NCBI GenBank assembly: GCA_963739305.1
Contig: CAVTZU010000008.1
Location: 1-64,000 of the forward strand
DNA: 64,000 bases
Source: Candidatus Bathyarchaeota archaeon
Lineage (GTDB): Archaea > Thermoproteota > Bathyarchaeia > Bathyarchaeales > Bathycorpusculaceae
Reading direction: 5' to 3'
A program made the position numbers and the translations under genes. The notes under the pieces are model-generated. The model saw only the letters and a list, made by a program, of their open reading frames with translations. It made no database searches and was not told the origin of the DNA. Each line of letters starts with the position of its first letter. Positions within the stretch are counted from its first letter, which is position 1. Of this stretch, positions 1 to 9,413 are shown in pieces.

Positions 1-109
1 TGTTCCGTCATATTTGTTTGTCATCCTGACAAACCACCATTAACTAGAATCACCCGCAAGGCTAACGCCCGCGTGGGCTTCTATGAGTGAATAAACATCC
101 ATAGTCATT

Positions 110-430
110 ATGGGAAATAGATTTAAATCAACTACTCAGAACTATCAATTGGGGTGTTTGCTTACGACATTATCAAGAGACATCTGGAGCAAATACTTAG
201 ATGGATTAATTGGTGGCTTCTTACTAGGCATTGGAATAATGTTTCTAATCATAGACTATTTTTCGCAAGAATTATTGAGCAGGGAAATAGTTCAATACTA
301 CGATTACATAGGGTTTGCAGCGATCATACTTGGTATCGTTACCATAGCTTATGCAATAGCTACGATTCCCAAGATAGTAGCTCGGACAAATGACGAGTCG
401 TACAAACGGGAGGAAGGACACACTCCCTAG
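110..430 (+). CDS. Small membrane protein (2 predicted TM helices), cargo of integrated element
   Basis: 106-aa ORF with two hydrophobic stretches (LIGGFLLGIGIMFLII; IGFAAIILGIVTIAYAIA); AT-rich region inside the element bounded by attR at 1714. Confidence 0.5.
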   Translation: MGNRFKSTTQNYQLGCLLTTLSRDIWSKYLDGLIGGFLLGIGIMFLIIDYFSQELLSREIVQYYDYIGFAAIILGIVTIAYAIATIPKIVARTNDESYKREEGHTP

Positions 431-889
431 GAAAAGCATCAGCCCTAGTAGTATAAACCATTGTGAATATGTCTTGCCGTTGTTGTGATCCCAGTCAAGA
501 ATTGATGGTAAGGTTAGCCTTCTCATAGCCTTGTCATAGATTGTTCCAAAATATCATAATAGGAAAATAGATTGGTAAACTTCACTATTCTTCTTCGCCC
601 AACTTTCGGTATATTATTCGTGCTCCTATCAGTATTGCCACCATACCAAATAAACCCAAAAGCACATAGCCAATGATTATCAGAGGTGCCTAAGTCTCGT
701 TATGAGTTCCAGTAGTCGGAAAATTGCACCTAATAATGTTATAACAATAGACTCGTACCATGCTAGAACGCATAAAGTGGAAAATGCAGCAAGAGCTTGC
801 ATTGCGTTCATTATGATGCCTAGATGTCTCTATCGCAAAGTTCCCTAAAAACTGTCGCCTAGACTTGATGACGAGACGACACAGAAAGA

Positions 890-1760
890 TTACGTGTTGA
901 TGGTCAGGTTGGCCCTCTCATAGATAGCCTTGAGTTTCTCCGGTGAATAGTCTAAGTAATGTTTCGCAAGTATTGAACGTGGAATCCTTCCGCAGAACGC
1001 ATCAACGTAGCTATCACTTATTCCTTGGGAAACCATTTCAGAACAGAACCATTCTCTCAAAGTCTGTGGCGTTATCTGTAACCCTGTCTTATTCTTTGCT
1101 TTCTTCCATAGATCGAGAAACGTGTGAGAGCCTATTCTGAACAGCTTTCCTGTCTTGTCTTTCCTAGTCTCTAGATATTCAGTTAAGGCCCTCTCTGCCT
1201 CTAGATTGTAGAAGCTAACGAAACTTTGCTTAGTCTCTCCAACGTGGCAGTTAGGCAGAAGCATACGTTTCTGAAAATCTACGTTCTCATAGCGTAACGA
1301 AAGCAGTTCACGTTTTCTTAAACCGCTAGAAGCATACATCAAGAATAGAGCCTTACCTATCTTTGAATCAATAGCCTCATAGAATCTTTGCAGATCGTCT
1401 CTAGTTGGAATACGTCTAGGTTGAAATGGTTTCTTAGGTAAACGGAAGGATTCCACTAGCTCAGGCTTTTTAAGAATCCCGAAAGAATCGTTTCAAAGTC
1501 TTAACTACGTTTGAGTAAGTATGCACATTCTTGTCTGAGTATTGTTTGAGATAGCCTCTCAAAGTCTCCCGAGAGACTTCCTTGACATTCTGACTGTCTA
1601 ATCACTTCAAGAAACGCTTAGCTTGAATCACATGGCCCTTAACAGTGAGATCACTTAGTCTCAAATCTATCCTTAGAAAATCAGCGAAACCATTCAAATC
1701 TTGAAACGCATGTCTGTGGAGCCTATCGCCCGGGTTCAATTCCCGGCCCCGGCCCCACTC
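890..1760 (-). pseudogene. Tyrosine recombinase/integrase, C-terminal (intC) part of an SSV1-type split integrase, further decayed
   Basis: ORF 890-1456 has catalytic motifs SGLRKREL, QTLRxxF and GR..HY. Upstream the frame reads EWGRGRELNPGDRLHRHAFQDLNGFADFLRIDLRLSDLTVKGHVIQAKRFLK* starting in the antisense tRNA fragment; in-frame TGA at 1602-1604 and a frameshift near 1475. Confidence 0.85.
1714..1757 (+). mobile_element. attR-like site: 3' half of tRNA-His(GTG)
   Basis: CTGTGGA anticodon loop (GTG), T-arm CCGGG-TTCAATT-CCCGG, acceptor strand CCCCGGC, C73 discriminator and CCA; no D-arm or 5' half upstream; overlaps the integrase frame. Confidence 0.85.
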
Positions 1761-1842
1761 AACTTTACTTTAGAGTCATTTTCTTCATGGACGTAGACGT
1801 TCTGGTTGCCTATCTATGATTTGGTTGATTCGTTCAGGATTT

Positions 1843-2826
1843 TCAGATTGGAGGTTTTGTGCGTCTCTTCGTATCGTCGTTCGCTTTCATCCACTTCTCA
1901 AAATCGCGAGACGGAGCATTCTCGGCGAAGAGTCTTTTTCTCGAAGCTTCAAGTAAACTGTCTTTCCTGCCCAAGAACTCCGCGGCAGTCTGAATAGTGG
2001 ATCCTGATCTGTAGGCTTCGTAGAACAGATCCACCGTTTTTTCTCGCCAGTTTTCGTCCCTTGTTATGTGGTGGTCAAGGATTACGTGAGGAACTTTCTT
2101 GACGATTTCGATAAGGTTCATTAGTCCTTTTTCCATTTCTTTTTCACTGACATTGAAAGGAGACAGGTACAGCGGTGGTCCGCCTATCATCAACATCTGA
2201 GGCGCCTCCTCCGTGATTATTTCGAGTGGACGATTCGAGATTGGACCCTGAACGTCAGATGCAAACAAGAACTTCTCATTTCCTGTTTCAATAACGACCA
2301 TAATAACCCATCCCAGCTCCGATTTGTCCGGTCCATGGAAGACAGCCTCAGAAAATCGCAAGTTCGTTTGTCCAAAGGTGAATGTTTTGTTATCGGCGTT
2401 CTGGATTGATTGCGCGAATTTTCCGCCGGTTCTTGTGAATATCCAAGCTCTCTCGCGTTGGCTGAAGTTGATGTTCTCACGCGGATTCTTTGCCAAAACA
2501 ACTTTCTCTAGATAAATCTGTCTGGCCGTTTCGTCGCGTTCAGTCCAGTTGACCAACCAGTCCTCGAAAGAAGGAGTGTGATGGTCATAGTGATAATGAC
2601 TTATAGTAACCACTTGTGCTTTTTCGACCGCTTGGGCAATTCTTCTGCGAGCTTCTATAATTGCCTCAAACTCTTGGGGGTGAGGAGGCAAGCCAAACCT
2701 GTTCGGGCAAAGTGAAACTCCCGCATCTAAGATAACTCGTACGTCTGGGGTCTGCACGTACGTGCACATTGAACGTACTCCCAGACTTTCAGCGGCAAGC
2801 GGAACAACCTTGATTTCTTTCAGCAC
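1843..2826 (-). CDS. MBL-fold metallo-hydrolase, UPF0282/COG2248 family
   Basis: AAESLGVRSM N-terminus, SHYHYDHH metal motif, ASDVQGP, GGPPLYL, LDHH motifs. Confidence 0.85.
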   Translation of the reverse strand: MLKEIKVVPLAAESLGVRSMCTYVQTPDVRVILDAGVSLCPNRFGLPPHPQEFEAIIEARRRIAQAVEKAQVVTISHYHYDHHTPSFEDWLVNWTERDETARQIYLEKVVLAKNPRENINFSQRERAWIFTRTGGKFAQSIQNADNKTFTFGQTNLRFSEAVFHGPDKSELGWVIMVVIETGNEKFLFASDVQGPISNRPLEIITEEAPQMLMIGGPPLYLSPFNVSEKEMEKGLMNLIEIVKKVPHVILDHHITRDENWREKTVDLFYEAYRSGSTIQTAAEFLGRKDSLLEASRKRLFAENAPSRDFEKWMKANDDTKRRTKPPI

Positions 2827-3698
2827 AAGTTCTCACTGTTGACGGTAAAGTTGCGTATAAGGTTTTTATGTTTGCTACTTTTAGCTTTGCATAGCGGGCG
2901 ATGAAGACTCTGGCCCCCATGAATTTAGAATGATTGTGATCTTGAGTGCGGAGCACCGCTAAAGCTCTCTTCAGGTTCATACTGAACCTGGAGGGAGCAA
3001 TAATATCATAGAAAGCACAAAAGACTAACTAACTCTGCTGGCCCTGCGAAGGTACGGCAGCATTATTCTTTTCAATGTTGGCAAGAAGTTTCGGAAGTTC
3101 AACTTCGCTCCACAATCGCCCGTACCTCAACCCATCTCGTGACAATCTCACGGTCAGAGTTCTTCGAAGCTTACTGTCAAATTCACATCCACCGTTTTTG
3201 CATGACATGTCTTGTGCTCCTGGACAACTTGAAGGTTGAGGGTCTTGCTCCCAGAAAAACTCCTGATCTGAACTCTTGTGAGGGAATTGGCAACCACCCG
3301 AGACTGGACTGAGAGCAGGACCCGTCAAGCCTACAATCAGCAAGTTCACGTTGCAACTGGTTAAAAGAGTAATCCTGGAACGACTCTTCATGAAAATAGA
3401 GAGTTCAGTTAAAGTGAAGCGCAGAACGAGCCTTCGCCTCGTGAAAACTGACTCTTGTTGATGCTTTCGTATACGAGCGTTGCTTTTGCAACGAAAGCAA
3501 ACAACCGCTTTCAAAATGATGCTTATCTACAAAGAAGCCTGCGTTCTCTATCCTTAGTAACCAGTATCTGTCCGCCCTAACTAAGTCTCCGGCGCTAGAT
3601 AACAATATGATCGAACTTGCGTTTACACTTCGAAACAATCTTCGATTCATCCATCACGAACGAGGACGCATGAACCCCTTAAGTAATAGTGAATTAAC

Positions 3699-4280
3699 TC
3701 ATTTTTCTTCGTGGGGCTTTTCCCATAATTCAAGCTTTTTCTTCTTAAGTTCCCTGCGTTTTCTATGCAAGAATCTGTAGACAGTGCCGTGCATACTGCC
3801 CTTTATGAGCATCTCGATTGCCTCCCGTGCAATTTGAACCTGGTCCATCGTTCCAATTATGCCCACGGTATGCCCATAGACGGCCACGTTCGCATCAGTC
3901 AATTCCTCAATTATCGCTCGTGTCTTGCCGTTCATCCCGATAATCCGGCCCTTCACGCGCTTAATATCCGCTTCCGACTTCCCGAAGACTGCCCGCAGAT
4001 CAATCAAATCCAGCACGGCTTCTTCGTCGCGAATCAGACGAAAAGCGTGTTCAGGCGAGAATCCTCTGCCTAATGCTGTGACGACATCCTTAGCAGCAAA
4101 AAGCATTGAAGGATCTGCTGCGTTTTCCTTCATCAAAATGTTGACGTCGCCCGCCTCGCCGTCAATCTGGAGCTCGACCGAGAGTTTGTCCTCGATGCTC
4201 TTTTTCGTTCTGCCTTCTGGACCCACGAGGACGCCCACTCGTTCCTTCGGAATTTTTATGAACGTATTAGCTCTAGACAT
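3699..4280 (-). CDS. KH-domain rRNA-processing protein (Dim2/Pno1 family)
   Basis: RVGVLVGPEG and RVKGRIIGMNGKTR KH motifs, GRGFSPE; conserved position after rio1. Confidence 0.92.
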   Translation of the reverse strand: MSRANTFIKIPKERVGVLVGPEGRTKKSIEDKLSVELQIDGEAGDVNILMKENAADPSMLFAAKDVVTALGRGFSPEHAFRLIRDEEAVLDLIDLRAVFGKSEADIKRVKGRIIGMNGKTRAIIEELTDANVAVYGHTVGIIGTMDQVQIAREAIEMLIKGSMHGTVYRFLHRKRRELKKKKLELWEKPHEEK

Positions 4281-5064
4281 GACCAGTAACCCTCCTGTAA
4301 CACTCTTCGACTGAAGGCACCTTAACCTCCAGGCGGCTGAAGTACTTATTAAGGTTAGTTAAGTCTCGGCGCAGAAGGAAATCAGCCATGGGATGCACAA
4401 GCGGCACAGCCTGAGCAACGTCAAACAACACCGTGCGGCCCCGCCATATCATGACGTTATACTCACTGATGTCTCCATGAACCAGGCCGGCTTTCTTGTA
4501 AAGCCTTTCCAAATAGGTCATAAGGTCCTCGTAGACTTTGGCAGAGTTCTTGGGAGTTTTCTCTTTGAGCGACGGGGCACTCTCGCCGTTTTCACCGATG
4601 AACTCCATCACTAGAACATTGTTTTTCACGGCTATTGGCCTCGGAACTCTCACTTTCGCGCGTATGGCCAGCTCAAGGTTCTTGAATTCCTTCTGTGACC
4701 AAGCGAAAATCAGTGCGCGAGTTCCGTGTTTAACGCCTTGGAATCTCGGATCTCCCTCGATGTACTTCAGCATGCCCTTACGGAATTCAGAGGAGATGAC
4801 CAGGTAGATCTTTATTGCTAGTTCTTTCCCTTCCTTGTTCTTTCCCCAGTAGACGCGTGCTTCTTTTCCGGCTTTGATGACTCCGTGAATCTCATCTATG
4901 GTCCCCTTGTTCATGAAGTCGTAGATTACCATGAGCGTAGACCGATCGAAAACCTCTTCCAAGACCTCGTACTCTTCGCTGCGTTTGTCTTTCATCAATT
5001 GATCTGTCTCGTAATTCTTCTCTTCCTTCAGCAGTCTCTTGTCGACGTTTCTGCGGTAGGTCAT
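4273..5064 (-). CDS. rio1: RIO1 family serine kinase
   Basis: GKEARVY, AIKIY, VHGDISEYN, FDVAQAV motifs; start placed at ATG 5064 (track ORF extends to 5178, overlapping aIF-1A). Confidence 0.93.
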   Translation of the reverse strand: MTYRRNVDKRLLKEEKNYETDQLMKDKRSEEYEVLEEVFDRSTLMVIYDFMNKGTIDEIHGVIKAGKEARVYWGKNKEGKELAIKIYLVISSEFRKGMLKYIEGDPRFQGVKHGTRALIFAWSQKEFKNLELAIRAKVRVPRPIAVKNNVLVMEFIGENGESAPSLKEKTPKNSAKVYEDLMTYLERLYKKAGLVHGDISEYNVMIWRGRTVLFDVAQAVPLVHPMADFLLRRDLTNLNKYFSRLEVKVPSVEECYRRVTGHV

Positions 5065-5081
5065 CACGATCTCCCGAGGAA

Positions 5082-5387
5082 CTAGATAGTTACGTGACCC
5101 TGCCTGCGAAGCTGATCTGCCTGCGACTTCGTGTAGCGCCAGATCAAATCTCCACGTTTGTCGCTTTGAAAATCCCATGGTGAAACCAAGACGATGTCGC
5201 CTTCGCGTATCCAGACGCGTCTCTTCATCTTACCGCGGATGCGGCATAAGCGTTCGTGCCCGTCCTGACACTTAACGAGAACACGGTCATAGCCGAGTAG
5301 CTTTATGGCAACGCCTAAGATGTCGTTTGCAGAGGGCAATACAAGCGTGTTCAATTCCTGTTCGGACAGGACCTTCTTCTTACCCAA
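5082..5387 (-). CDS. eif1a: Translation initiation factor aIF-1A (core copy)
   Basis: RLCRIRGKMKRRVWIREGDIVLVSPWDFQ signature; aIF1A-rio1-KH cluster. Confidence 0.95.
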   Translation of the reverse strand: MGKKKVLSEQELNTLVLPSANDILGVAIKLLGYDRVLVKCQDGHERLCRIRGKMKRRVWIREGDIVLVSPWDFQSDKRGDLIWRYTKSQADQLRRQGHVTI

Positions 5388-5467
5388 TCGAGCACCTCGA
5401 AATCATGGCTGTTAAAGGATTATAATTCTTCCTTTTAAAACTATGTTCGAGAGCTCAGATTATCGTA

Positions 5468-6205
5468 CTAATTCCGAAGGTTTCTCGCCGTTGGCCTCGG
5501 CTTTTTTCTGTGAAGACCGACTGCAAGAAGAGTCGAAGTCACGAACAAGGTCAGCAGAATCAATAGCGAATATTCGGGCACCGGTTGGCCCAACACCGCG
5601 TGCAGAATAGTGATAGTAGTGACTGGCTGACCATCATCCGAAGGAACCGTTTGAACGCTACCTATGCTGTCGACCACGCTCATTCCAGCGATTACTTTGC
5701 CGAAAACAGTGTATCTGGTGTCCAAATCCGTATTGTTGACGAGGTTTATGTAAAACTGGCTATTAGCCGAATTCGGCTGACTTGTTTTTGCCATTGCAAC
5801 TGACCCTCTGATATTACTGTGCTTGTTCGGAAGCTCGTCAGGTATGGTTGGCACGATAATTCCTTTCGAGGTTGCGTCGCCACCTTGAATAACAAAGCCG
5901 TGGGCGACTCTGTGAAATATCGTTCCGTCATAGATGCCGTATTGAGTTAGGTTTTTGAAGTTGCCAGATGTAATCGGCATGTCGGCAAACACCTCGATTG
6001 ATATGTTGCCCATCGACGTAACGAGGATTACGACATCATCTTGAACTTTAGAGTACTGACTGTTGGTGTCCTTAAGACTTGGTGAACTGTTAGCTGCATA
6101 CGCCGTATGCGTTGGAGAACCAATTCCGTAACATGGCATTAGGATCAATGCAAGAAAGAGTCCGATGAAGATTGGAAGCGCCCTCATTTCATTCAGCCTA
6201 GTCAT
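5468..6205 (-). CDS. Secreted, membrane-anchored cyclophilin-type peptidyl-prolyl isomerase
   Basis: YDGTIFHRV..GFVIQGGD, RGSVAMA, SQFYINL, YTVFGKV; N-terminal signal peptide; C-terminal VPEY + TM + basic tail. Confidence 0.9.
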   Translation of the reverse strand: MTRLNEMRALPIFIGLFLALILMPCYGIGSPTHTAYAANSSPSLKDTNSQYSKVQDDVVILVTSMGNISIEVFADMPITSGNFKNLTQYGIYDGTIFHRVAHGFVIQGGDATSKGIIVPTIPDELPNKHSNIRGSVAMAKTSQPNSANSQFYINLVNNTDLDTRYTVFGKVIAGMSVVDSIGSVQTVPSDDGQPVTTITILHAVLGQPVPEYSLLILLTLFVTSTLLAVGLHRKKPRPTARNLRN

Positions 6206-6349
6206 ATGTGGAAAATCCGTTTTTTAAAAGTTGCGGAGCTCCTCACTTCGATGCTTCATGGATTGATCGCGTGGCGGCCGCGGTAATCATTGAAGCATAC
6301 CCATTGTTAAGGAAAAAAAGTAGAAAATTGTTGAACTAGGTCGAAAGTC

Positions 6350-6393
6350 TGGGTTTGGGGTAAAGTTTTATCCAACCAAACCAACCAACCAAC
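6350..6393 (+). repeat. Cassette-boundary palindrome copy 1 (forward)
   Basis: TGGGTTT-GGGGTAAAGTTTTATCC-AACCAAACCAACCAACCAAC; core 6357-6373. Confidence 0.85.
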
Positions 6394-6485
6394 ATTCGTT
6401 CCTGCAGAAAAGTTATAGCCAAATCAACTTGAGTATTTGAATTGGTGATTTGGGTTGATTGAAGGCAAGAACGTGAATCTGAGGG

Positions 6486-7238
6486 TTGAATATGGTTGAA
6501 TATGAGCAAAGAAGCAAGGCGTCAAAGCCGTTTGTTTATTTCTGGGAGTCAGTGCAGCATGGTGGCAAGAAAGCAGCAAAAGAAAGGGCAGACTACGTTC
6601 TTAAGCCTATCAATGAGCATCACAGGCGAGCAAAGAAGATAATGGAAATAGGATGCGGAATTGGAGCAGTCCTAGTCAATCTTCCAAAGAGATACCTCAT
6701 CTACGGTTTGGACGTTGAGAAAGACTACATTGAAGTTTGTAGGAGGAAAATTCCCAAAGGAAGATTCTTCGTTTCCAGTATGCACAACTTCAAGATCCCT
6801 GAGAAGTCTGATGTCATATTTTCTGCTGATGATGCAATCAATTTCTTGAAGGACTTTGACCATTGGAAATCCACGTTCAAAACAGTGAGTGAACATTTGA
6901 ACGAAGGCGGGCTCTTCATTTTTGATGTCTACACCCCAAAAATGTTGAGGGACACGCTTCGTTGGCGGGAGAAATACAAGAGGTTGACTTCAGTCAGGGA
7001 ATTTTCAGGAGGATACTACTATGACATGGGCATAGTGAACGGAAACAGGTTGACTTGGGACGTTAAAATATTCGAGAGACTTCCCGAAGGGCTTTTCCAA
7101 CTGAACAAATACAAATTCACAGAGAAAATATATCCAGTTGCAAAAATGAAGTCTGCTCTCTCTGAACACTTTGATATCCTTGAAAATAATCTCAGGGAAG
7201 AAGGCAGAAAGATTCTGTTTGTTTGCAGAAAGAAATAA
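6486..7238 (+). CDS. Class I SAM-dependent methyltransferase
   Basis: IMEIGCGIG motif I, GLDV, HLNEGGLFIFD. Confidence 0.88.
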   Translation: MNMVEYEQRSKASKPFVYFWESVQHGGKKAAKERADYVLKPINEHHRRAKKIMEIGCGIGAVLVNLPKRYLIYGLDVEKDYIEVCRRKIPKGRFFVSSMHNFKIPEKSDVIFSADDAINFLKDFDHWKSTFKTVSEHLNEGGLFIFDVYTPKMLRDTLRWREKYKRLTSVREFSGGYYYDMGIVNGNRLTWDVKIFERLPEGLFQLNKYKFTEKIYPVAKMKSALSEHFDILENNLREEGRKILFVCRKK

Positions 7239-7613
7239 TCCACAGTATTCTTCGAGAAGAATGGAAAGAACCAAAAATACTTACAAAAATGGCTTGAAAA
7301 GACCGATTTTGGTTTTGGGAAAAAGAAAGATGGTCAGCGGCGTTTACTGACCGTGTTTGTGTAGTATAGAACCCGTTGTCCCAAAATATCCATTTTCTTG
7401 TGTGCAGTTTCGAGCAGGTCTTGAATCTCGCTCAGAGAGTTGTAGATTTCTCCAAAGGTTTCCTCGTAGCTCAGTATTCGTCTTCCGCGCGCGCAAGCGC
7501 ATCCGATATTACAAGTTCAATGAAAACTCTTCCAAGGCGACAGCGGTACGTAACTTGATTGAGATGTTTGAGACATAAGGATACATTACGCTAGCAATTG
7601 TAAACGGCACTCG

Positions 7614-8792
7614 TTATCTTGTGTGTCCAAAGCAGTTGCATAGGGCTATTGCATCATATATGTCCACGACACCATCACCGTTGATGTCGGCATCTTCATT
7701 CCAACTCTGAAGGTCAGGTCGGGCTCCAAAGGACTTTGCAAAGAGAAGAGCATCGAATATGTCCACTCGGCCGTCACCGTTCAAGTCTCCACTCATAGCG
7801 TTCGAGAAGTACCCATTCTTGGAAGTGCTAATCAGATTATGTGCTGTCAGGTTGGTTGCTAAACCATCCAATAACAATGGGCATTTCCCAACGTTGATAA
7901 CTTGGAAGGTAACAACCGCCGCTGTATGGTTTCCAAATACGGGTCCGTAACCCAAAGGCAATCCGCTAATAAGAGACATTGCATCACTTGTATTTGACAA
8001 CAAAACCATCGTGTATATCATGGTCCAATTGGTCTGAGCTACAACTTCATGGAACATAACATCTTTCACGTTGACAAATTTTAGGAGTGTCGAGTTCCAG
8101 GAGAGGCCGAAACTGTAGGCTGCGACCCCTGAATTGTCTGCTATACTGTCTAGCTTTATTCCGACCGAGAACGTGCTGTTGATCATGAGGCTCTCGTTTT
8201 TCACTGCGCGGGGATCAACGTAGAATGAAACTTGCGGTTCAGGTGAAGGCGGCGGAGGGATTGGCGGAGGCGGAATACTGTTGCTGAAGAATCCGTCGAT
8301 TGTGTCGTGAACGATCTGAGCAGCCTCGGAATCAGCCAGTTTTGAAACATCAAAATTGAGGGTGCAGTTGCCGACGCTTCTGATCTGAAACAGAATGATG
8401 AAGATCGTGAAGTTTCCTGAAATGGGAGCGTAGCCAGCTTGAAGAGCACCATACCCATCCACGTAAGTGTAGGCGTAGCTGGCGCTGCCGAGTGTATTGT
8501 TAATCTCGTTCTGTATTCCCCAGATGTTGTTCCATTTACTCTGAGGAACTGTTTCGTGAAAAATCACGTCTGTCATGTTGACCGCGCAAAGAAGGGACGG
8601 GTTCCAATTCAACTTTAGTTGAACTCCCATGAGATTCTGAACGTTCTCGATCTTCACTGAGACATTGAAGAATGTTGGAGGATCGACGATGGAAGGTGGG
8701 TCAATGTAAACGCGTGTGGTTTCAGTTGCTAAACCATGGGTAGGTATGAGAATCGTGAAGGTTGCGGAAATCAGCATCATCACGAAAAGCAA
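7614..8792 (-). CDS. Secreted protein with two cohesin-like domains and a C-terminal dockerin
   Basis: Signal peptide; two repeats (YIDP..FNVSVKI..LNWNPSLL / YVDP..FSVGIKL..LSWNSTLL) joined by a Pro-rich linker; GDLNGDGRVDIFD...ADINGDGVVDIYD dockerin Ca loops. Confidence 0.85.
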   Translation of the reverse strand: MLFVMMLISATFTILIPTHGLATETTRVYIDPPSIVDPPTFFNVSVKIENVQNLMGVQLKLNWNPSLLCAVNMTDVIFHETVPQSKWNNIWGIQNEINNTLGSASYAYTYVDGYGALQAGYAPISGNFTIFIILFQIRSVGNCTLNFDVSKLADSEAAQIVHDTIDGFFSNSIPPPPIPPPPSPEPQVSFYVDPRAVKNESLMINSTFSVGIKLDSIADNSGVAAYSFGLSWNSTLLKFVNVKDVMFHEVVAQTNWTMIYTMVLLSNTSDAMSLISGLPLGYGPVFGNHTAAVVTFQVINVGKCPLLLDGLATNLTAHNLISTSKNGYFSNAMSGDLNGDGRVDIFDALLFAKSFGARPDLQSWNEDADINGDGVVDIYDAIALCNCFGHTR

Positions 8793-9031
8793 AGCCCACT
8801 TTCGGCTCGTCTAAACCACTCCCCCTTCACATATACAAGTGACTTGTCGGATACTAATAGTTTTCATTTGACTCGATCTGTTGTTTTTTACACGCCTTTT
8901 ATTGTGAGCATTGCGGGTTTGTTGAGCTTTACCGCGTCAAAAAGAAAACGTGGTAACTCGTTCCGCAGCACGCGCTTTGTAATGCATTATAATACAATAC
9001 AATCTACTTCAAAATGCCAGTCAGTTTTGTC

Positions 9032-9077
9032 GTTTGGGTTTTGGGTTTTGGGGGTAAAGTTTTATCCCACACACAAA
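9032..9077 (+). repeat. Cassette-boundary palindrome copy 2 (forward)
   Basis: GTTTGGGTTTTGGGTTTTG-GGGGTAAAGTTTTATCCC-ACACACAAA; core 9051-9068. Confidence 0.88.
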
Positions 9078-9083
9078 TTCTCT

Positions 9084-9314
9084 TCAATGTTTTCTCCAAT
9101 TCTGAAAGATTGCCCGCCAAAACTCGACAGTGAACACTACTCGTGCTATTGTCCCCAGGACTCCAAGCACCATCGAAACCACACCCAAAAACAAAAGCCT
9201 CGTGTCATGAATGGTGAAATATTCATACAAAGCAATAATAGAAACCAGAATCAGCCCTGAGAAAGCAATAAACAGAAGGTAGTCTTTGTACACTCGTTCC
9301 AGAGTCATTTCCAA
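9084..9314 (-). CDS. Small 2-TM membrane protein
   Basis: 76-aa ORF with two hydrophobic helices; stop a few bases from palindrome copy 2. Confidence 0.6.
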   Translation of the reverse strand: MEMTLERVYKDYLLFIAFSGLILVSIIALYEYFTIHDTRLLFLGVVSMVLGVLGTIARVVFTVEFWRAIFQNWRKH

Positions 9315-9413
9315 CTCCGACGCAAGCCCATCGTAAATGCCTCATCATCGAGGAGTTCTATCTGTGTTTAATTCCTAAGCGTATACTAGCGCGCGCTATA
9401 TGATTTGGACTTA

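Noticed and set aside
1714-1757. Functional tRNA-His gene
   Set aside because: Only the 3' half is present; the upstream sequence is integrase coding and cannot form the D-arm or 5' acceptor strand.
3029-3650. ORFs 3029-3514 and 3405-3650 as genes
   Set aside because: No recognisable motifs, overlapping frames and odd composition; could be a decayed gene but I cannot support a call.
7307-7320. Additional palindromic sites at 7307 (TTTTGGTTTTGGGA) and about 49440 (TTGGTTTGGG)
   Set aside because: Only a G/T arm without the core; possibly remnants, but not counted.
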